A stretch of 10,068 bases of DNA from NCBI GenBank assembly GCA_038279365.1, contig JAYODI010000015.1, positions 1 through 10,068 of the forward strand, given 5' to 3'. Below are positions 5,943-10,068 of the stretch, in pieces. Every line of letters begins with the position of its first letter. Position 1 is the stretch's first letter. The translations under genes and the position numbers were made by a program. The DNA comes from Candidatus Latescibacterota bacterium. Its GTDB lineage: Bacteria; Latescibacterota; UBA2968. The notes under the pieces are model-generated. The model saw only the letters and a list, made by a program, of their open reading frames with translations, did not search any database and was not told where the DNA came from.

Positions 5943-7686
5943 AAAAATGGAAGACGAAACATTCAAAAAATCGGGCCTGTCATTGGGCGCGCGCATATTT
6001 TCCCTGTCTTTGGCACTCTTAGTCTGTCTGATGGGTGTGGTTTCATTTTCTTTATATCGACTCAGCAATGTGAGAGACGGCATTGATCGGTTAAACGACT
6101 ATTGGTTCCCATTGGTGCAAGTGGTCAGCAAAACCGACGAAGCCATCTTGACACAGCGCTTGTCTTTTGAACGCCTCATAAAATTATATGCCTTCAATCC
6201 ACAACCAGCAGAACAAATTGCCCAAGAAAAACAAACCTGGACACAACTGGGCCATCAAATTGATTCGTTGATCACATTTGCCAACCAGATCCCCCCCGCT
6301 GTTGTCCACGAAAGTGATCAAGACCATCTTTCCTCACTTGTGACCGTCTTCGAGCAAATAGCCACCCGCCATAAAACCGTTCAAAAGCAGGCCCAACAAA
6401 TCATCGCCTTACTGGCAGAAGGTCGGCAAGAGGAGGCTCAAACACACATAGAGGTTTTAGAAAAAGACGAAGGAGCCTTTGAAAGAACAATTGAAAAACG
6501 CCAACAAATTTTTGAAACAGCGTTTCGCAATGCCGCACACAATGCCGCACAACATGAATCTCAAGTTTTGCGAGTCAACGCACTTGTAACCCTGGGAACG
6601 GTTCTATTTGGTCTCTTTTTTGCCATCTTAATAGCCACAAAACTCACAGCACCCATTCGCCAACTCATGGCAAAAATGCGCGACGTTGGAAACGGCAATC
6701 TCGAGGTGCATCTACAACCCTCCTCCCGAGACGAAATTGGATTTCTAACCAACTCTTTTAACAACATGGTTGACAAGCTGAAACAAAAAAGCACCATCGA
6801 ACAAACATTTGGCAAATATGTCGATACCAGAATTGTAGAACGCTTAATGGAACGCAACGCGGAACCACAAACCGTTGGTAAAAATCAAGTCATGACCGTA
6901 CTCTTTCAAGATGTTGTTGGCTTCAAAGCCTTTGCACAGCACCTAAGCCCCGAAGACTGGCTCATCATGACCAACAAATATTTGACCCACTTGTCCAAAC
7001 CCGTAACCGATCATGGTGGCATTATCGACAAATTCATCGACACCATGGTCATGGCCTTTTGGGGCATGCCATTTACCAACGAAGAAGACCATGCCCACAA
7101 AGCCTGCGAATGTGCATTGGCACAAATAACCCTCATGCAAGAAGTACATCAGTGGATCTCTCAAGTAGACCATGCAAAAGATAAAACACCCCCTATCGCC
7201 CTCCAAATCGGGTTGGCAACAGGGCCTTTGGTTGTCGGCAATATGGGATCTGAGCAGGCAAAATCATACACGGTCATGGGCGACACCGTGAACATTGCCT
7301 CACGACTCAAAGGGGCCAACAAAGTCTATGGCACACAAGTACTCATGACCGAAGAAACCCAACAAATGGCATCAGAGCACATGATCACACGCGAAATTGA
7401 TTTGATACAAGCAGTCGGAAAAGACGAACCCGTGCGCATCTATGAATTGTTGGGACGCACCACAGATTCTTCTAATGAAACAACGCAATTAAAAACCTTG
7501 TTCCACGAAGGTGTCGTGGCCTATCGTGCACAAGATTGGCATCAGGCACAAACACATTTTGAACGCTGTCTACACCTTCGCCCCACAGACACACCATCCA
7601 AAGTCTACTTGGAACGCATCTCCGCATTCCAAAAAACCCCACCCCAAAATAATTGGGATGGGGTATGGCAACTCACCCAAAAATAA
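5926..7686 (+). CDS. Membrane-bound class III adenylate cyclase, subunit B (C2-like: Lys/Thr/Asn/Arg intact, second metal Asp lost)
   Basis: Start is either ATG 5926 (SD GGAGGA at 5915-5920, overlapping the upstream gene by 17 nt) or ATG 5947 (4 nt after its stop); the 5830 start in the track is unlikely. Same architecture as the upstream paralog: 2 TM, helical periplasmic domain, HAMP (PIRQL...GNL...RDEIGFLTNSFNNM), FGKYVDT, LFQDVVGFK, DKFIDTMVMAFW, QIGLATG, YTVMGDTVNIASRL, AVGKDEPVRIYEL, TPR-like tail ending WDGVWQLTQK. Confidence 0.95.
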   Translation: MASGFKKMEDETFKKSGLSLGARIFSLSLALLVCLMGVVSFSLYRLSNVRDGIDRLNDYWFPLVQVVSKTDEAILTQRLSFERLIKLYAFNPQPAEQIAQEKQTWTQLGHQIDSLITFANQIPPAVVHESDQDHLSSLVTVFEQIATRHKTVQKQAQQIIALLAEGRQEEAQTHIEVLEKDEGAFERTIEKRQQIFETAFRNAAHNAAQHESQVLRVNALVTLGTVLFGLFFAILIATKLTAPIRQLMAKMRDVGNGNLEVHLQPSSRDEIGFLTNSFNNMVDKLKQKSTIEQTFGKYVDTRIVERLMERNAEPQTVGKNQVMTVLFQDVVGFKAFAQHLSPEDWLIMTNKYLTHLSKPVTDHGGIIDKFIDTMVMAFWGMPFTNEEDHAHKACECALAQITLMQEVHQWISQVDHAKDKTPPIALQIGLATGPLVVGNMGSEQAKSYTVMGDTVNIASRLKGANKVYGTQVLMTEETQQMASEHMITREIDLIQAVGKDEPVRIYELLGRTTDSSNETTQLKTLFHEGVVAYRAQDWHQAQTHFERCLHLRPTDTPSKVYLERISAFQKTPPQNNWDGVWQLTQK

Positions 7687-7708
7687 ACATGCGCCCGCCT
7701 ACAAAAAA

Positions 7709-9853
7709 TTACAAACGCCAGTTATAAGCCGCTTTCACAAAAACACTTCTGCGAATGCGCCGATAGTTTGTATCTAACGTTTGTGCCAATGGATCAACCA
7801 TTTGCTTTTCATACAACGATCCATATCCCACATGACACACGGTGCCAGGAATATACGTAAAGCTCGCCAAAAAATCGGTGGTCAACTGATCGTCGGCATC
7901 GTTGTATTCTCCAATTATCCGAAACAACAAATACTTGTTGGCCTGATACGTGGCCTTGCCCCGATAAATATGAATGTTGTACACCTCACGGTTCGTGGCC
8001 CGCTCGTGAAACCGCACCCGTGTGGCGGTGCCTTCCAGCGCAAGATTGGCTGTGGGTTGAAATGTGGTTTCCATATGGATCACTTGCTCATCACCCTGAA
8101 AAGGCGCTGTCGGATCAAAATAAGGTTTGCCAGCCAACTGAAAATACAATTCCCAATGCACCTGTTTCATAGGGCGTGAAGAACTGTAAATTTCCAAACC
8201 CGAGCGGTCATATTTGGAACCTAAAAAAACCTCATTTTCACGCCGATAGGTCAGACTCACCCCCGTGAGCCGCGGCATATCAAATGACAAATAAAATTTG
8301 TGCGACGTTTCGTTCATGTCATAAAACAGATCTTTGCTAAAACGCCCCCAATAAGCCGGCCTGATCGCCTTCAAAAACGAAACCGACGGATAAAGCGTGC
8401 GTTCCATTCCCGCATTAAAAGAACGAATCCCTTGGCGCTCTACAAACCCCGTTGCCAAATCAAACTGTCGGCTCGTGGTATTAAAAGACATATCCCCTTG
8501 ATACACATTGGTTCGATACCGAAACACCACATCCGACGCATAGCCCTTTACAACAGACCCACCACCATTTTGTATCCGACTGCCCATCATATCAAACTGA
8601 AACGATGTGGTTTTTGTCAGCCGAAAACGTGTGTCCACACCGCCTGCACGGCTATAATCGGTACCCAATTCGCGGCAGGTCAACACCCCACCGACATAAC
8701 TGTCATCATTTAATAATTTTTTATAACGCACAATACCAAACTGCGCATTTTCAGTTCGGTTTTCCAACACCTTAGGCGACCGATCCAGCGCACCCAACAC
8801 CGAAATCACATGCGTTTTACCCGGTCGCCCGGTGAGCTTCAGCCCCACAACAGGGTCCACAATTTTGCGCGTATGAATCACCACCGGCACATGGCTGTTG
8901 TTGTAACCGCCAACCCCCGAAATGAATAAATGTTCTGTGCCCTCAAGAAAAAAGGAACGCTTTTCATCGTAAATAACCGCAGAACGCTGGTTAAACTCGA
9001 CTTGTGAAGCGTCAGCTTCCACCTGATTAAAATCGGGCGAAACGGTGGCATCGAGTAAAAAAGTAGACGACAAACCCACTTTGGCCGTCAACCCAACATT
9101 GGGGTCTTGGTCGGTCACGCCCCGCGCATCGGTATAGGCATGTGTCACAGAAGGCAAAAACTCAAGCGTGCGCCGATAGGCCAAGTTGTGATAATCCACA
9201 GTTGCAAACTGACTCAGCACCGTGCCCTTATCTCGGCTCACCGCCGGATAGGCATCCCACTCAGACAGCCGCACAATGCGCCTCCGAAACCCAATGCCCA
9301 TGGTTACCACATCACCCACAGGATAACGAATACTTTTAAGTGGAATACGGATCTCCACATCATATCCCTTATCGTGCCGAACACCTGCCGCATACCACAC
9401 AAAGTCTTCCGACGCCTCCCAATCAAATTTATCATCGGCCACCACATCTTCTTGCACACCCAAAGGGTTCACCATAAACCCAACCGCCGATTGTTGGTCG
9501 TGATACAAATCCAAAAAAACACCCACCTTGTCTTCGGTGTTGATATTGTCGCGTTTGGTCATAGATGCCGTAATATTCTGAGGGTGAGAATCCAAAAACC
9601 GAAATGCAAAGTAAAGATGATCATCGTCATAGGCCGCATAGGCCACCGTTCGTTCAGAGGCAGGTTGCCCACTCACCGGATCGGTCGTTACAAAAGCGTC
9701 ATAAACCTTGGTCTGTTGCCAAACCGCATCGTCCAATCGCCCATCAATTTGTGGTGCGATATCTGTGCGCAATGCTTCAATCTCTTCGGCCACCACCGGG
9801 TGCACACAAACAAATAGGACAAGAAAAAAAACCAAAAATCTTCGAGATATCAT
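7709..9853 (-). CDS. Exported CBM9-like (DOMON-like) domain + DUF5916 putative outer-membrane beta-barrel protein
   Basis: Preferred start is ATG 9853 (714 aa), which gives a Sec signal peptide MISRRFLVFFLVLFVCVHPVVA|EE; ATG 9874 is an alternative. CBM9-like motifs APQIDGRLDDAVW, AYDDDHLYFAF and YDVEIRIPLKSIRY. DUF5916-type motif LDATVSPDFNQVEAD...EKRSFFLEG. Amphipathic beta strands follow, with a C-terminal beta-signal-like VFVKAAYNWRL. Confidence 0.87.
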   Translation of the reverse strand: MISRRFLVFFLVLFVCVHPVVAEEIEALRTDIAPQIDGRLDDAVWQQTKVYDAFVTTDPVSGQPASERTVAYAAYDDDHLYFAFRFLDSHPQNITASMTKRDNINTEDKVGVFLDLYHDQQSAVGFMVNPLGVQEDVVADDKFDWEASEDFVWYAAGVRHDKGYDVEIRIPLKSIRYPVGDVVTMGIGFRRRIVRLSEWDAYPAVSRDKGTVLSQFATVDYHNLAYRRTLEFLPSVTHAYTDARGVTDQDPNVGLTAKVGLSSTFLLDATVSPDFNQVEADASQVEFNQRSAVIYDEKRSFFLEGTEHLFISGVGGYNNSHVPVVIHTRKIVDPVVGLKLTGRPGKTHVISVLGALDRSPKVLENRTENAQFGIVRYKKLLNDDSYVGGVLTCRELGTDYSRAGGVDTRFRLTKTTSFQFDMMGSRIQNGGGSVVKGYASDVVFRYRTNVYQGDMSFNTTSRQFDLATGFVERQGIRSFNAGMERTLYPSVSFLKAIRPAYWGRFSKDLFYDMNETSHKFYLSFDMPRLTGVSLTYRRENEVFLGSKYDRSGLEIYSSSRPMKQVHWELYFQLAGKPYFDPTAPFQGDEQVIHMETTFQPTANLALEGTATRVRFHERATNREVYNIHIYRGKATYQANKYLLFRIIGEYNDADDQLTTDFLASFTYIPGTVCHVGYGSLYEKQMVDPLAQTLDTNYRRIRRSVFVKAAYNWRL

Positions 9854-9900
9854 AGGAAGCACAAACCCATCCATTAAGTAAGTTGTAGCGCACAATAGCT

Positions 9901-9915
9901 TGTGAAGATATCACA
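9901..9915 (-). promoter_or_regulatory. Putative extended -10 element (TGTGATATCTT, 9905-9915) embedded in a TGTGA-N5-TCACA inverted repeat
   Basis: Plus strand reads TGTGA-AGATA-TCACA. The minus-strand TGTGATATCTT lies about 52 nt upstream of ATG 9853, with a possible -35 TTCAAA 16 nt further upstream. Confidence 0.45.
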
Positions 9916-9937
9916 CTTCGGGCGTATTTGAATAAAA

Positions 9938-10037
9938 AGCGATCAGCGATCAGCATTCAGCCCACCCATCCTTGCCTTTGGGTTATGGTTTAAGCTGATT
10001 GCTGATTGCTGATTGCTGACTGCTGACTGCTGATTGC
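9938..10037. repeat. Inverted heptamer tandem-repeat element: (RWTCAGC)3 - 32-nt spacer - (GCTGAYT)6
   Basis: Left arm is AGC GATCAGC GATCAGC ATTCAGC (9938-9961). Right arm is GCTGATT x3, GCTGACT x2, GCTGATT, GC (9994-10037). The arms are near reverse complements of each other. Confidence 0.9.
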
Positions 10038-10068
10038 CAGTAGATTCGATAAACGCACAAATGATATT

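Noticed and set aside
7511-9855. Plus-strand ORFs (including the 236-aa 9107..9817) opposite the DUF5916 gene
   Set aside because: They are antisense shadows with no recognisable domains.
9938-10037. CRISPR array interpretation of the repeats
   Set aside because: The units are 7-bp tandem repeats without unique spacers, and there are no cas genes in the window.

Overview
Window from a diderm (Gram-negative-type) bacterium with six protein-coding genes. On the minus strand are an enolase-superfamily (mandelate racemase/MLE-type) enzyme, a FapA/DUF342-family protein and a tandem-CBS protein that runs off the left edge and is missing from the ORF track. Divergent from them on the plus strand are two paralogous membrane-bound class III adenylate cyclases (TM - periplasmic helical sensor - TM - HAMP - cyclase - TPR-like tail). 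These converge on a minus-strand CBM9-like/DUF5916 outer-membrane protein gene. The main observation is that the two cyclases are reciprocally degenerate. Cyclase A keeps the residues contributed by the C1 half of a mammalian adenylate cyclase (both metal Asp, RIG Arg) but has lost the catalytic Asn/Arg and the GK loop. Cyclase B keeps Lys/Thr/Asn/Arg and GK but has lost the second metal Asp and the RIG Arg. This predicts a two-gene obligate heterodimeric receptor cyclase with one active site and one degenerate, possibly regulatory, site. Smaller observations: a probable His as third metal ligand in the enolase-family enzyme, an identical 11-bp extended -10-like motif upstream of two genes, and an inverted heptamer-repeat hairpin element at the right end. 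All family assignments come from motif recognition by eye; no searches were run.
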